From the NCBI GenBank assembly GCA_003601695.1, contig PIYH01000001.1:1-39069 (forward strand): 39,069 nucleotides of DNA. Direction: 5' to 3'. The position numbers were made by a program, and so were the translations under genes. The DNA is from Candidatus Bathyarchaeota archaeon (GTDB lineage Archaea; Thermoproteota; Bathyarchaeia; Bathyarchaeales; DTEX01). This document shows positions 9,572-19,264 of the stretch, piece by piece. How positions within the stretch are numbered: the first letter of the stretch is position 1; every line of letters begins with the position of its first letter. The notes beneath the pieces were generated by a model. It searched no databases. It was not told the DNA's origin and saw only the letters and a list, made by a program, of their open reading frames with translations.

Positions 9572-9648
9572 ATTTAAGGATTACTTTGGAGTATTCATAG
9601 ATAAGCCCATAAATTATTTTGATAGCCTTTACGATGCCCCATTTTCCT

Positions 9649-10665
9649 TTAAATCTTCCTAGACCGAGATGCCGTTTCTCTTATCACCGTTAGCACGTCA
9701 TTCAGAACGGCTGAGACCGTCTCTTCTCCAGCGCCGCGACCTATCAATGTAATCTCTCTTGCCAAGTCTGTCTCTATGTGGATAGCATTCAACGTGCTAT
9801 GGACGCATAAGGGATGATTTATTGGAACGAGTTTTGGAGACACTTCTATGCGCTTATCAATCACGCTGACGAGCTTTATGGCAAATTTTGACTTTTTAGC
9901 CAGACTTATAGCCTCTTGAGTAACTCTTCTTATTCCTGTTCTTTTAACATCCTTAAACTTTACGTTTCTGTTCATTAACGCGTTTGCAAGGATTACTGCC
10001 TTACAGGCTGCATCTATTCCATCAACATCATATGATGGATCTCGCTCGGTAAGCCCTCTTTCTCGGGCTTCCTTCAAAGCCAGCTCGAAGCTTGTTCCTT
10101 CAAAGTACATTCTTGAAAGGATATAATTTGTTGTTCCGTTCAGTATTCCCATAATTCTTCGTATCGTATCTCCTTGAAGACATCTTTTAATGAGGGAGAA
10201 GATTGGTATAGCTCCAGCAACAGTACCTTCATAGAGAAGAAAACAATCATTCCTCTTAGCTAGGCTTGTAAGCTCCCTAAAGGCCACGACAAGCGGCCCC
10301 TTGTTTGATGTAACTACGTGAATTCCCTTTTTGAGAGCTGCCTTCATGAAGGAGAGACCTGGCTCTCCATCATCGACGTTTGTAGGAGTCACTTCGATCA
10401 TCAGGTTTGCTTCTCCCTTCTCAATCATTTCCTCAGTTGATCTGCCTTCTCTATATTCTTCAGAGTATTCTGACAGCCTTTTCACAGAGCTGAGCCTTTT
10501 GAGATCAAGTCCATTTAAGTTGTATAGGTAGCCTTTACTGTCTGAAACTCCGATGATCTTGAATTTTGAATCCACATTTTTTATAAGATCTATCTTTTTG
10601 TGGAACGTTCTCACAAGTTTTCTGCCGATGAAGCCGAAGCCGGCAATTATAACATTCAACAACAC
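9649..10665 (-). CDS. hom: homoserine dehydrogenase
   Basis: 338 aa. It has an N-terminal Rossmann GFGFIGRKL, the hallmark GILNGTTNYILS, and GRGAGEETVSAVLNDV near the C-terminus. The GTG start at 10665 is preceded by GGAGGA. Confidence 0.9.
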   Translation of the reverse strand: MLLNVIIAGFGFIGRKLVRTFHKKIDLIKNVDSKFKIIGVSDSKGYLYNLNGLDLKRLSSVKRLSEYSEEYREGRSTEEMIEKGEANLMIEVTPTNVDDGEPGLSFMKAALKKGIHVVTSNKGPLVVAFRELTSLAKRNDCFLLYEGTVAGAIPIFSLIKRCLQGDTIRRIMGILNGTTNYILSRMYFEGTSFELALKEARERGLTERDPSYDVDGIDAACKAVILANALMNRNVKFKDVKRTGIRRVTQEAISLAKKSKFAIKLVSVIDKRIEVSPKLVPINHPLCVHSTLNAIHIETDLAREITLIGRGAGEETVSAVLNDVLTVIRETASRSRKI

Positions 10666-10677
10666 TTCCTCCTTACG

Positions 10678-11148
10678 CTATATTGGAAGTATTATAAGCG
10701 AGCCTTCCGATTCCGCCATTCTCCTAAGGTTTTCCAGAGTCTCATCAAGGAGTCTCGTCGGAACTTCGATCTCAAGCTTTAAGCATGCATCTTCAGATAC
10801 TGGATCTGAAACCTCAAATCCTATAATTTTCGCGTTTTTTATTCCCCTCTGAATTATATCTTTCAGGTTCGCTTTACCCACTAAAATGGCTATAATGCGA
10901 GATGTATCGACTATTTCCTCAGCTCGGATGATGGTAATCCCCATATTTCTTAAATCACTGATTGTTTTCTGCAAATTCCATTTTGAGGGGAAATCAACGA
11001 CGAGGCTGACGGGAACGAATCCATCTGAGGGATTCTCACGTTCATGAATTATGGAGATTATATTTCCGCCGTACTTTGCGATTGGTTTAAGAGCTTTAAG
11101 GAGCTGACCAGGCCTATCGGCCAACGCGATAGTTAAATCGAATTTCAA
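10678..11148 (-). CDS. ACT-domain protein (likely amino-acid-binding regulatory subunit), co-transcribed with hom
   Basis: 156 aa. Both halves show an ACT-like beta-alpha-beta-beta-alpha-beta pattern, the first beginning LTIALADRPGQLLKALKPIAKYGGNIISI. The stop lies 12 nt upstream of the hom start. Confidence 0.65.
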   Translation of the reverse strand: MKFDLTIALADRPGQLLKALKPIAKYGGNIISIIHERENPSDGFVPVSLVVDFPSKWNLQKTISDLRNMGITIIRAEEIVDTSRIIAILVGKANLKDIIQRGIKNAKIIGFEVSDPVSEDACLKLEIEVPTRLLDETLENLRRMAESEGSLIILPI

Positions 11149-11162
11149 GATTACCTCACACT

Positions 11163-12821
11163 TTAGGGAGTTCTGAAGGTTCCACCTTTATCGGCTGATT
11201 GTACAAGAAACGAGTATCTGTGCAAATATCCTTTATTTATCTTTGGCGGCTTGGGTTTCCACACTGAAAGCCTACGTCTCATTTCTTCTTTATCTATTTT
11301 TATATTAAGCGCTCTTTTGGGAACATCGATACTTATTTCATCGTCATCTTTCACCACCGCTATGGGGCCTCCAGCCGCCGCCTCAGGAGATATATGCCCT
11401 ATGCATAGACCCCTAGTTGCACCTGAGAATCTTCCGTCAGTTAATAATGCAACAGACTCAACTAGCCCCATACCAGCTATGGCGGCCGTTGGAGAGAGCA
11501 TCTCTCTCATTCCTGGACCTCCCTTAGGTCCCTCGTATCGAATAATGATTACATCTCCCTCATTGATTTCCTTGTTCAAGATAGCTTTCATGGCTTCTTC
11601 TTCAGAATTAAAGACTCTTGCTGGTCCTCTATGCGTGAGCATCTTAGGCGGAACAGCTGTAACTTTGAGTACAGCGCCGTTCGGTGCCAGGTTCCCTTTA
11701 AGCACTGCTATTCCACCTTGCTTGTGGACTGGATTGTCAAGTGGGCGTATAACTTCCAAGTCATAGACAGTCGCATCTTTAATATTCTCCCATACTGAGC
11801 GGCCAGTTACTGTCATGGCGTCTAGATGGAGAATGTTCTTTAGAATCTTCATCACTGCTGGAATTCCCCCTGCCGCTTCAAGCTCAGCTAAGTCATGCGG
11901 TCCGGCCGGTCTCATGTCACATATGTGTGGAGTTCTTCTTGCAATCTCGTCAAAGATCTCAAGAGGCAGAGAGACCTTGGCTTCATTCGCTATAGCAGTT
12001 AAGTGCAGAACAGCATTTGTTGACCCGCCAAGAGCCATATCCACGACTATAGCGTTCTCAAATGCCTCTCTAGTCAGAATATCTGAAGGTTTAAGATCTT
12101 CTTTAACCATATGAACTATTCTTTCTCCGCTTTTCTTTGCGATTCTAGCTTTCTGAGATGAAACTGCAAGCGACGATGCGCATCCTGGAAGTGAGAGACC
12201 TATAGATTCAGCTATGCAAGCCATGGTATTTGCGGTGTACATCCCGTTACATGACCCGCTTCCCGGAAAGGCTATGTCCTCTATCTTCTTCAGTTCTTCT
12301 TCAGACATTTTTCCAGCTGTTACTTCGCCTACCGCCTCGAAGATCGAAGTTACATCGACCTTTCTTCCCTTATATACCCCGGAGAGCATAGGGCCTCCGG
12401 TCACCACGATTGACGGAATGTTAAGTCTAGCCGCGGCCATCATCATTCCAGGAGTTATCTTGTCGCAGTTGGTTAGCAAAACTAATCCGTCAAATCTATT
12501 CGCTTCAACGACAACCTCGATTGAATCCGCTATTATCTCTCTTGAAGGCAGAGAGTAATGCATGCCTATATGTCCCATTGCTATTCCATCACAGAGAGCT
12601 ATCGTGTTGAACTCGAATGGAACTCCGCCTGCTGATCGAATTCCTGCCTTAATATATTTTGCGAGCCTGTTGAGGTGCATGTGGCCGGGAACAGACTCGG
12701 CGAAGCTATTAGCGATACCTATGAAGGGTTTATCAAAATCTTCATCCGTGACGCCTAGGCATTTCCATATGCTTCTTTGGGGAGCTCTTTCGACCCCGCG
12801 TTTAACGACCTCGCTTCTCAA
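11163..12821 (-). CDS. ilvD: dihydroxy-acid dehydratase
   Basis: 552 aa with the IlvD/Edd family motifs [26 protein letters not shown] and [11 protein letters not shown]. Confidence 0.95.
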   Translation of the reverse strand: MRSEVVKRGVERAPQRSIWKCLGVTDEDFDKPFIGIANSFAESVPGHMHLNRLAKYIKAGIRSAGGVPFEFNTIALCDGIAMGHIGMHYSLPSREIIADSIEVVVEANRFDGLVLLTNCDKITPGMMMAAARLNIPSIVVTGGPMLSGVYKGRKVDVTSIFEAVGEVTAGKMSEEELKKIEDIAFPGSGSCNGMYTANTMACIAESIGLSLPGCASSLAVSSQKARIAKKSGERIVHMVKEDLKPSDILTREAFENAIVVDMALGGSTNAVLHLTAIANEAKVSLPLEIFDEIARRTPHICDMRPAGPHDLAELEAAGGIPAVMKILKNILHLDAMTVTGRSVWENIKDATVYDLEVIRPLDNPVHKQGGIAVLKGNLAPNGAVLKVTAVPPKMLTHRGPARVFNSEEEAMKAILNKEINEGDVIIIRYEGPKGGPGMREMLSPTAAIAGMGLVESVALLTDGRFSGATRGLCIGHISPEAAAGGPIAVVKDDDEISIDVPKRALNIKIDKEEMRRRLSVWKPKPPKINKGYLHRYSFLVQSADKGGTFRTP

Positions 12822-13037
12822 TGTAGACCCTACAATTTCTCCTATTGTAAACTCTTAAACTTTTTGGCTTTATGGTTTATTTGAACAGTTCATCCAAGTT
12901 TAGACTATTGAATTCAAAATTCATTCTTATGAGAACCAATGATCCGAAAAGCTTTTATATAACATTATCATGCTATGATGGTTTGAGGTTGCTGAAAATG
13001 GGGTATCGCTTTATCGAATAGATTTGCAGAGAAGATC

Positions 13038-14600
13038 TTGATTTTTGACACTACGCTAAGAGACGGCGAGCAGATGCCTGGAATTTCTTTAACCCCCGAG
13101 AAGAAACTGAAGATAGCAAGAAAACTAGATGATCTTGGAGTAAATGTGATCGAGGCTGGATTTGCAGCGGCGTCCCCAGGTGAGATGGAGGCCATAACTC
13201 TAATATCCAAAGAGAATCTTAAAGCCGAGATCTGTAGCTTTGCAAGAGGAGTGGAGAAAGATATAGATGCTGTTGCGAAGAGTGGGGCGGACTCTGTATT
13301 TCTCGTGATTCCCTCATCAGATCTTCATATAAGGCATAAACTGAGGAAGACGAGAAATGAGATCTTAGATTTAACGTCCCGAAGCATTAGATACGCAAAG
13401 GATCTTGGACTTATCGTTGAGTTTGGGCTTGAAGACTCAACCAGGGCAGATTTAGAGTTCATTAAGGAAATGATAAACGTAGCTATATCTGCTGGAGCTG
13501 ACAGAATTACACCATGCGATACGGTGGGGGTTCTAACACCTGAAAGAGCATATGAGTTCTATTCAGAACTAAAAGAAGCCTTCCCAGATGTAACTCTCGG
13601 AGTTCACAGCCATGACGACTTCGGAATGGCCGTTGCAAACTCCATAGCCGCTCTTAATGCAGGCGCGGATGAAGTTCACGTCACAGTAAATGGTCTAGGT
13701 GAGAGGGCTGGAAACGCAGCTTTAGAAGAGGTTGTAGTCTCGCTAAAGATTCTCTATAATGTTGAAACCTCTATAAAAACGGAGAAGATTTATGACGCTT
13801 CTCTTTTAATCTCGAGACTTACCAACACGTCTATTCAGCCGAATAAGGCGATAGTCGGGGAAAACGCGTTTGCGCATGAATCTGGGATACATACGCATGC
13901 TATCCTTTCAGAGCCCTCAACATATGAGCCTATATCCCCAGAGATTGTTGGAAGAAGAAGGAGACTTGCAGTTGGGAAACATGCTGGTTCACGTGGAATA
14001 AAGGCGGCTCTTGAGGAAATGAGGCTTCATCCAAACGAGGAGCAATTATCGGAGATATTCAATAGAGTAAAGGCGCTGGGGGACAAAGGAAAACTAATTA
14101 CCGACGCTGACTTGTACGCTATAGCTGAATCCGTCATGAATCTTCCGGCAACTAGCGCCATTGAACTTGAAGAATTAACCGTGGTAACCGGAAATAAGGT
14201 CACGCCGACTGCTTCTGTGAAGCTGAAGCTTAATGGTGATCATTTAACCGAAGCTGCTACTGGAATAGGACCTGTAGATGCAGCTATTCAGGCTATAAGG
14301 AGAGCTGTTTCTGCGGTTGAGCCTATTCGCCTCGAAGAGTATCACGTGAATGCAATCACGGGGGGGACAGATGCTCTTGTGGAGGTAACGGTTAGGCTTA
14401 GCAGAGGAGACCACGTTGTCACAGCTATGGGTGCTCACGGCGACATAGTGATGGCGAGTGTTGAGGCGATGTTGAAGGGAATGAATCTACTGATGAGCAA
14501 TCATATTATACATGCGAAAACGAGAAGCCTTCAAAAAGCTTATAAATATGTATCTAGTAAGCACTTTAGTGCTTCATCATCTAGGAGGACAGACAAGTGA
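13038..14600 (+). CDS. cimA: LeuA/CimA-family synthase, paralog 1; probably (R)-citramalate synthase
   Basis: 520 aa with FDTTLRDGEQ, HSHDDFGMAVAN and NGLGERAGNAALEEV, plus a LeuA-dimer-type C-terminal regulatory domain. It deviates from canonical LeuA blocks (HSHDD rather than HCHND; ITPCDTVGV rather than INIPDTVG), whereas paralog 2 keeps them. The only in-frame start after the upstream stop is TTG at 13038. The CimA assignment is an inference. Confidence 0.8.
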   Translation: MIFDTTLRDGEQMPGISLTPEKKLKIARKLDDLGVNVIEAGFAAASPGEMEAITLISKENLKAEICSFARGVEKDIDAVAKSGADSVFLVIPSSDLHIRHKLRKTRNEILDLTSRSIRYAKDLGLIVEFGLEDSTRADLEFIKEMINVAISAGADRITPCDTVGVLTPERAYEFYSELKEAFPDVTLGVHSHDDFGMAVANSIAALNAGADEVHVTVNGLGERAGNAALEEVVVSLKILYNVETSIKTEKIYDASLLISRLTNTSIQPNKAIVGENAFAHESGIHTHAILSEPSTYEPISPEIVGRRRRLAVGKHAGSRGIKAALEEMRLHPNEEQLSEIFNRVKALGDKGKLITDADLYAIAESVMNLPATSAIELEELTVVTGNKVTPTASVKLKLNGDHLTEAATGIGPVDAAIQAIRRAVSAVEPIRLEEYHVNAITGGTDALVEVTVRLSRGDHVVTAMGAHGDIVMASVEAMLKGMNLLMSNHIIHAKTRSLQKAYKYVSSKHFSASSSRRTDK

Positions 14601-14615
14601 GGGATAGCCGAGTAC

Positions 14616-14633
14616 GGAGGAATCGTTTCCTCC
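14616..14633 (+). terminator. short hairpin (7-bp stem GGAGGAA/TTCCTCC, 4-nt loop) 16 nt after the cimA-like stop
   Basis: Read directly as ggaggaa-tcgt-ttcctcc. It lies in an unusually long (147 nt) gap inside an otherwise tightly packed gene string. A TATA-like tattttat follows at about 14703. Its function is not established. Confidence 0.2.
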
Positions 14634-14747
14634 CCAAATGAATCAGCATTCACAGAGAATTTACTAAAAGTTTCCAAGGAACGCGTTAATTCTCGTGAAA
14701 TCTATTTTATCCATACTTCTGTTGAGAATGAGAGGAGGTTATAGTAA

Positions 14748-16427
14748 ATGACCAAAATGAATGGAGCTGAGGCTCTAATAGAATCGCTAAGAAGAGAGAA
14801 CGTCGACGTCATATTCGGCATACCAGGAGGAGCCATAATACCAATCCACGACGTACTCTATGACTCTAATAATATTAGACATATATTAATGAGGCACGAA
14901 CAATGTGCGGCTCATGCAGCTGACGGATACGCAAGGGCAAGTGGGAAAGTCGGAGTATGCATGGCTACCTCAGGTCCTGGCGCAACAAACCTAGTTACAG
15001 GAATAGCGAATGCATATATGGATTCAACGCCGATTGTAGCCTTCACGGGTCAGGTTCCCAGACCGATGATCGGCAAGGATGCCTTTCAAGAAACAGATAT
15101 AGTGAGAATAACTAAGCCAATAACTAAGTATAACTTCCAAGTCTTGAAGGCTTCGGAGATTCCTAGAATTGTTAAGGTTGCCTTCCATATAGCTTCTAGC
15201 GGAAGGCCTAGGCCTGTGCTCGTGGATATACCTAAAGATATACAGACAGAGATTGACGATATCGAGTTTGATCATAGCATCGAGATTCAAGGCTATAGGT
15301 TGAATTATAATCCGCATCCACTTCAAGTGAAGAGGGCAACTGATCTCCTAGCTAACGCTGAGAAACCAGTTATAATAGCTGGTGGAGGAGTAATTGCTTC
15401 CGGCGCATCCTCTGAACTTATTGCTCTCGCTGAGCTCCTACAGGCACCTGTTGCAATAACTCTTATGGGGAAAGGATGCATGCCTGAGAATCATCCGCTC
15501 TTTCTTGGACTTTTGGGCATGCATGGAACTATAGCTTCTAACCTCATAGTCTCCGAGGCTGATGTCTTACTCGCTGTTGGAATGCGTTTTTCAGATAGAA
15601 CAACTGGAAAGGTCGAGAAGTTCTGTCCAGATGCGAAGATAATACATGTTGACATAGATGCTGCGGAGATGGGCAAGAATATTAAGCCGTACGTGCCCAT
15701 AGTTGCAGACGCTAAGAGAGCTTTGAAAGCGATACGTAGAGAGATGCTCCGTAAACTTAAGAAAAGAGAGAGAACGTCGTGGATGAAGAAGATTAGAGAG
15801 CTTAAGCAACAACATGAGAAGATGAGTGAAAGAGAGGGCTTATCCCCGCCACGTTTAATGAAGGAACTCCGAAAGTTATTGCCAGTGGATGCAATAATAG
15901 CAACGGAGGTGGGGCAGAATCAGATGTGGGCTGCCCTATACTTAAAGATGTACAAGCCTAGAACTTTCATAAGCTCTGGGGGTCTTGGAACTATGGGTTT
16001 TGGATTTCCAGCCTCGCTTGGAGCGAAGGTTGCATGTCCAGACGTTCCAGTTGTGGACATAGCGGGAGACGGAAGCTTTCTCATGACTGAGCAGGATTTA
16101 GCAACTTCTGTAACCGAGAAGATTCCGGTGATCGTCATAATAATGGATAATAGGTTCTTGGGAATGGTTGCTCAGTGGCAAAGGCTATTCTACGATAGAC
16201 GATACTCATCCATAGATTTGGGCAAAACACCCGATTTCGTCAAGCTAGCGGAAGCCTTTGGGGCTCAAGGAATCTATGTGGACTCGCTTTCGGAATTCAA
16301 GAATGCCGTTAAGGAAGCTCTAAGAAGTGACGTTACAACCGTAATAGATGTTCCAATCTCCTCTGAAGAGAACGTCTTCCCAATGGTTCCTCCAGGAGAA
16401 GGGATTACGAAGATAATTAAGGAGTGA
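14748..16427 (+). CDS. ilvB: acetolactate synthase large (catalytic) subunit
   Basis: 559 aa. It has a ThDP-enzyme N-terminal domain (RHEQCAAHAADGYARASGKVGVC, TSGPGATN) and the ThDP-binding motif GDGSFLM...IIMDNRFLGMV. GAGGAGG precedes the ATG. Confidence 0.95.
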   Translation: MTKMNGAEALIESLRRENVDVIFGIPGGAIIPIHDVLYDSNNIRHILMRHEQCAAHAADGYARASGKVGVCMATSGPGATNLVTGIANAYMDSTPIVAFTGQVPRPMIGKDAFQETDIVRITKPITKYNFQVLKASEIPRIVKVAFHIASSGRPRPVLVDIPKDIQTEIDDIEFDHSIEIQGYRLNYNPHPLQVKRATDLLANAEKPVIIAGGGVIASGASSELIALAELLQAPVAITLMGKGCMPENHPLFLGLLGMHGTIASNLIVSEADVLLAVGMRFSDRTTGKVEKFCPDAKIIHVDIDAAEMGKNIKPYVPIVADAKRALKAIRREMLRKLKKRERTSWMKKIRELKQQHEKMSEREGLSPPRLMKELRKLLPVDAIIATEVGQNQMWAALYLKMYKPRTFISSGGLGTMGFGFPASLGAKVACPDVPVVDIAGDGSFLMTEQDLATSVTEKIPVIVIIMDNRFLGMVAQWQRLFYDRRYSSIDLGKTPDFVKLAEAFGAQGIYVDSLSEFKNAVKEALRSDVTTVIDVPISSEENVFPMVPPGEGITKIIKE

Positions 16428-16433
16428 TGAAAA

Positions 16434-16790
16434 ATGAAGGAAAATGGAAGCTATATAATCTCCGCGATTGTTGAACACAAGCCCAGCGTATTGTATCAGG
16501 CTTCAAACATGTTTAGGCGACGAGGCTTCAACATAGAAACGATAACTGTCGGAGAGTCTGAGCAGGCAGGTCTATCCGAGATGACGATAACTATAAAAGG
16601 TGATGAGAAGATAGTTGAGCAAGTAATTAGGCAGCTAAATAAGCTTCTCGATATAGTTAAGGTCAGCATATTGAATCCTAAATTCGCCCTGACTAAGGAG
16701 CTAGCTTTGTTCAAGATCAATACTCCGAATCCCGCAGTTAGATCAGATGTGATAAATTGTACAGAGATCTTTAAAGGGGGAAATGGTTGA
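16434..16790 (+). CDS. ilvH: acetolactate synthase small (regulatory) subunit, N-terminal 114 codons plus a frameshifted tail
   Basis: It has the ACT domain [33 protein letters not shown]...[29 protein letters not shown]. The frame ends prematurely (..IFKGGNG*) just after a G5 run at 16776-16780. The conserved C-terminus continues in the +1 frame, listed as the next feature. Confidence 0.85.
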   Translation: MKENGSYIISAIVEHKPSVLYQASNMFRRRGFNIETITVGESEQAGLSEMTITIKGDEKIVEQVIRQLNKLLDIVKVSILNPKFALTKELALFKINTPNPAVRSDVINCTEIFKGGNG

Positions 16791-16923
16791 CGTGACGCAT
16801 GTTTCATTAATTGTGGAGATGACTGGAAGCTTGGAGAAGATAACAGCATTCATTGATCTTATGGAGACTTTCGGCGTGAAGGAACTTGCAAGAACGGGCA
16901 TAACTGCGCTTCCTAGAGGATGA
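16783..16923 (+). CDS. ilvH: acetolactate synthase small subunit, C-terminal fragment in the +1 frame
   Basis: My translation is [46 protein letters not shown]. It matches the conserved IlvH/IlvN C-terminal domain pattern (ivDv...l.vE.TG...Ki.af..ll..fGi.E..RTG..al.RG). It joins the upstream part if one G of the G5 run is removed. Confidence 0.8.
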   Translation: MVDVTHVSLIVEMTGSLEKITAFIDLMETFGVKELARTGITALPRG

Positions 16924-16994
16924 GGTCTAACAAAAATGGAATAAAGATATAGATGGTAGGAGGTTAAGATGAAGGAGTCTGAGAGGAGATAAAA

Positions 16995-17984
16995 ATGGTG
17001 AAGATATACTTTGATAAGGACGCATCGCTGGATCTGATCAAGGATAAAACTATAGCGGTCATTGGATATGGTAGCCAAGGACATGCGCAAGCACAGAATA
17101 TGAGGGACTCCGAATTAAACGTGATAATCGGCGTTAGGCCTGAAGGGGCTTCTTGGAAGAAAGCTATGAAAGATGGATTTGAGGTTTATCCAATCTCAGA
17201 AGCCGCGGAGAGAGCTGACGTAATCTTCATGCTGATCCCAGATATGATTCAGCCATCAGTCTATAAAGAGAAGATAGCGCCTCACATGTCTGAGGGAAAG
17301 ACGCTGGATTTCGCACATGGATTCAACATACACTTCAAGCAGATTGTTCCGCCCAAAAATGTCGACGTGATAATGGTCGCTCCGAAGAGCCCTGGAGTGA
17401 GGCTTAGAGAAACATACAAAGAAGGATTCGGAGTTCCCGCGTTAATCGCTGTTTATCAGGATTGGTCTGGAAGAGCTAAAGAAACAGCCTTGGCGGTCGC
17501 TAAGGCCCTAGGCTGTACTAGAGCTGGGGTGATGGAGACCACATTTAAGGATGAAACTGAAAGCGACTTAATAGGTGAGCAGACAGTTCTGGTTGGAGGA
17601 CTTGTAGAGCTGATAAAAAGCGGATTCGAAGTTCTCGTTGAGAATGGATATCCTTCGGAGCTAGCATACTTTGAAGCATGCAACGAAGCAAAGCTCATTA
17701 TGGATCTAATCTATGAGAAAGGTATAACAGGAATGCTTAGGGCAGTTTCAGATACTGCAAAATATGGCGGATTAACCGTTGGGCCGAAGATAATAGATAA
17801 GCATGTTAAGGAGAATATGAGAAGAGCCGCCGAATACGTTCAGAACGGAGGATTCGCCAAAGAATGGATTGAGGAGCATAGAACAGGAGAGAAGAATCTT
17901 AAGAGGCTCATGGAAGAAATTGAGAAACATCCACTTGAGAAAGTAGGCAGATTCATCAGGAAAACATCCGGAATCCAAAAGTAA
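16995..17984 (+). CDS. ilvC: ketol-acid reductoisomerase
   Basis: 329 aa of class I KARI type, with [24 protein letters not shown] and GEQTVLVGG. Confidence 0.95.
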   Translation: MVKIYFDKDASLDLIKDKTIAVIGYGSQGHAQAQNMRDSELNVIIGVRPEGASWKKAMKDGFEVYPISEAAERADVIFMLIPDMIQPSVYKEKIAPHMSEGKTLDFAHGFNIHFKQIVPPKNVDVIMVAPKSPGVRLRETYKEGFGVPALIAVYQDWSGRAKETALAVAKALGCTRAGVMETTFKDETESDLIGEQTVLVGGLVELIKSGFEVLVENGYPSELAYFEACNEAKLIMDLIYEKGITGMLRAVSDTAKYGGLTVGPKIIDKHVKENMRRAAEYVQNGGFAKEWIEEHRTGEKNLKRLMEEIEKHPLEKVGRFIRKTSGIQK

Positions 17985-18001
17985 ACGGAAGTACTGAGTG
18001 C

Positions 18002-19264
18002 ATGAACCTCGCTGAGAAGATCCTAGCTCGAGCTTCGGGGAGAGATGAGGTTAAGCCCGGTGAGATAGTGCAGTCTAGAGTGGATGCCGCGATGGCTAAT
18101 GAGATCACAGGACCCCTAGCAATAAAAGCGTTCAGGGAGATAGGCGTACCGAAAGTATGGGATAATGAGAGGATAGTTCTAATTCAAGATCATCAAGTAC
18201 CAGCAGATACCGTTAAGTCAGCTGAGCTTCATAAGATAATGAGAAGATTCGCTGAGGAACAGTCTATAAAATTTTTCTATGACATAGGACGCGGCGGAGT
18301 ATGCCATCAAGTCATGGTTGAAGAGGGACATGTGCTTCCCGGAGACCTCATAGTTGGAGCTGACTCGCATACATGTACTTATGGGGCTTTAGGTGCATTC
18401 GGAACTGGTATAGGCTCAACCGAGATGGCGGCAGTATTCGCCACTGGAGAGATATGGCTCAGGGTTCCCTCATCTATAAAAGTTAACTTTTGCGGGTCTC
18501 TTAGGGAGCATGTGGCGGCGAAGGACCTAATATTGTATGTTATAAGCTTGATCGGGGCGTCTGGAGCTACATACAAGGCTATGGAGTTCACAGGATCTAC
18601 GATCAGTAAATTAAGCATAGGCGAACGGATGACTCTATGTAATATGGCCGTTGAGATGGGTGCTAAGGCTGGATTGGTTAATCCAGACGAGAAAACTTTA
18701 AGATACGTTGAAAAGCTGGCGAGACGACGATTTGAACCATTAAAAAGCGATCAAGACGCGGATTATGAGAAAACTTTGAAGATAGATGTGAGCCGCATTG
18801 AACCTATGATCGCCTGTCCACATGCAGTTGACAATGTTAAGCCCGTTAAGTCTGTGGAGGATGTGAAGATCGATCAAGCATTTATAGGATCATGCACGAA
18901 TGGAAGGATCGAGGACTTGCGGGCGGCGGCTGAAATACTTAGAAGAGGAAGAATCAGCAAAGGCGTCAGAATGATCATCACACCTGCTTCGAGAAGGATC
19001 TATTTGCAAGCATTAAGGGAGGGTTTAATAGAGACATTTATCGAAGCAGGCGCGCTTGTGACAAATCCGACTTGTGGAGCATGCTTCGGAGGACACATGG
19101 GACTCCTAGCTCCAGGAGAGGTTTGTATAAGTTCATCGAATAGGAATTTTATCGGGAGAATGGGCAGCCCCGAAGCTGAGATTTATCTCGCATCTCCAAT
19201 TACGGTTGCGGCTTCCGCTCTAGCCGGGAGAATAGTAGACCCAATTGAGTATCTGGAGGATTAA
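18002..19264 (+). CDS. leuC: 3-isopropylmalate (and probably citramalate) dehydratase large subunit
   Basis: 420 aa of the archaeal aconitase-family type, with GADSHTCTYGALGAFGTGIGSTE, GSCTNGRIEDL and CGACFGGHMG (Fe-S cluster cysteines). Confidence 0.9.
   Translation: MNLAEKILARASGRDEVKPGEIVQSRVDAAMANEITGPLAIKAFREIGVPKVWDNERIVLIQDHQVPADTVKSAELHKIMRRFAEEQSIKFFYDIGRGGVCHQVMVEEGHVLPGDLIVGADSHTCTYGALGAFGTGIGSTEMAAVFATGEIWLRVPSSIKVNFCGSLREHVAAKDLILYVISLIGASGATYKAMEFTGSTISKLSIGERMTLCNMAVEMGAKAGLVNPDEKTLRYVEKLARRRFEPLKSDQDADYEKTLKIDVSRIEPMIACPHAVDNVKPVKSVEDVKIDQAFIGSCTNGRIEDLRAAAEILRRGRISKGVRMIITPASRRIYLQALREGLIETFIEAGALVTNPTCGACFGGHMGLLAPGEVCISSSNRNFIGRMGSPEAEIYLASPITVAASALAGRIVDPIEYLED

Noticed and set aside
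10331-12858. Antisense ORFs inside hom, the ACT gene and ilvD (10331..10531, 10553..10852, 10600..10782, 11251..11766, 11815..12114, 12214..12558, 12562..12858)
   Set aside because: They are shadows of well-supported minus-strand genes, with Ser/Pro/Ala-rich low-complexity translations.
12908-12917. 10-bp palindrome TTGAATTCAA in the ilvD/cimA divergent promoter region
   Set aside because: It is short, AT-rich and contains an EcoRI site. Palindromes of this size are expected by chance in AT-rich intergenic DNA, and there is no second copy or supporting context.
12998-13021. Mini-ORF MGYRFIE* upstream of the cimA-like gene, and mini-ORF MKESERR* (16969..16992) upstream of ilvC, as possible attenuation leader peptides
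   Set aside because: Neither is enriched in Ile/Leu/Val codons and neither is followed by alternative terminator/antiterminator hairpins. The second simply contains the ilvC Shine-Dalgarno sequence. Leader-peptide attenuation is also not an established archaeal mechanism.
12968-13210. Minus-strand 80-aa ORF spanning the ilvD/cimA divergent promoter and the cimA 5' end
   Set aside because: It overlaps the conserved FDTTLRDGEQ-coding region on the opposite strand and has no motif. It is most likely spurious.
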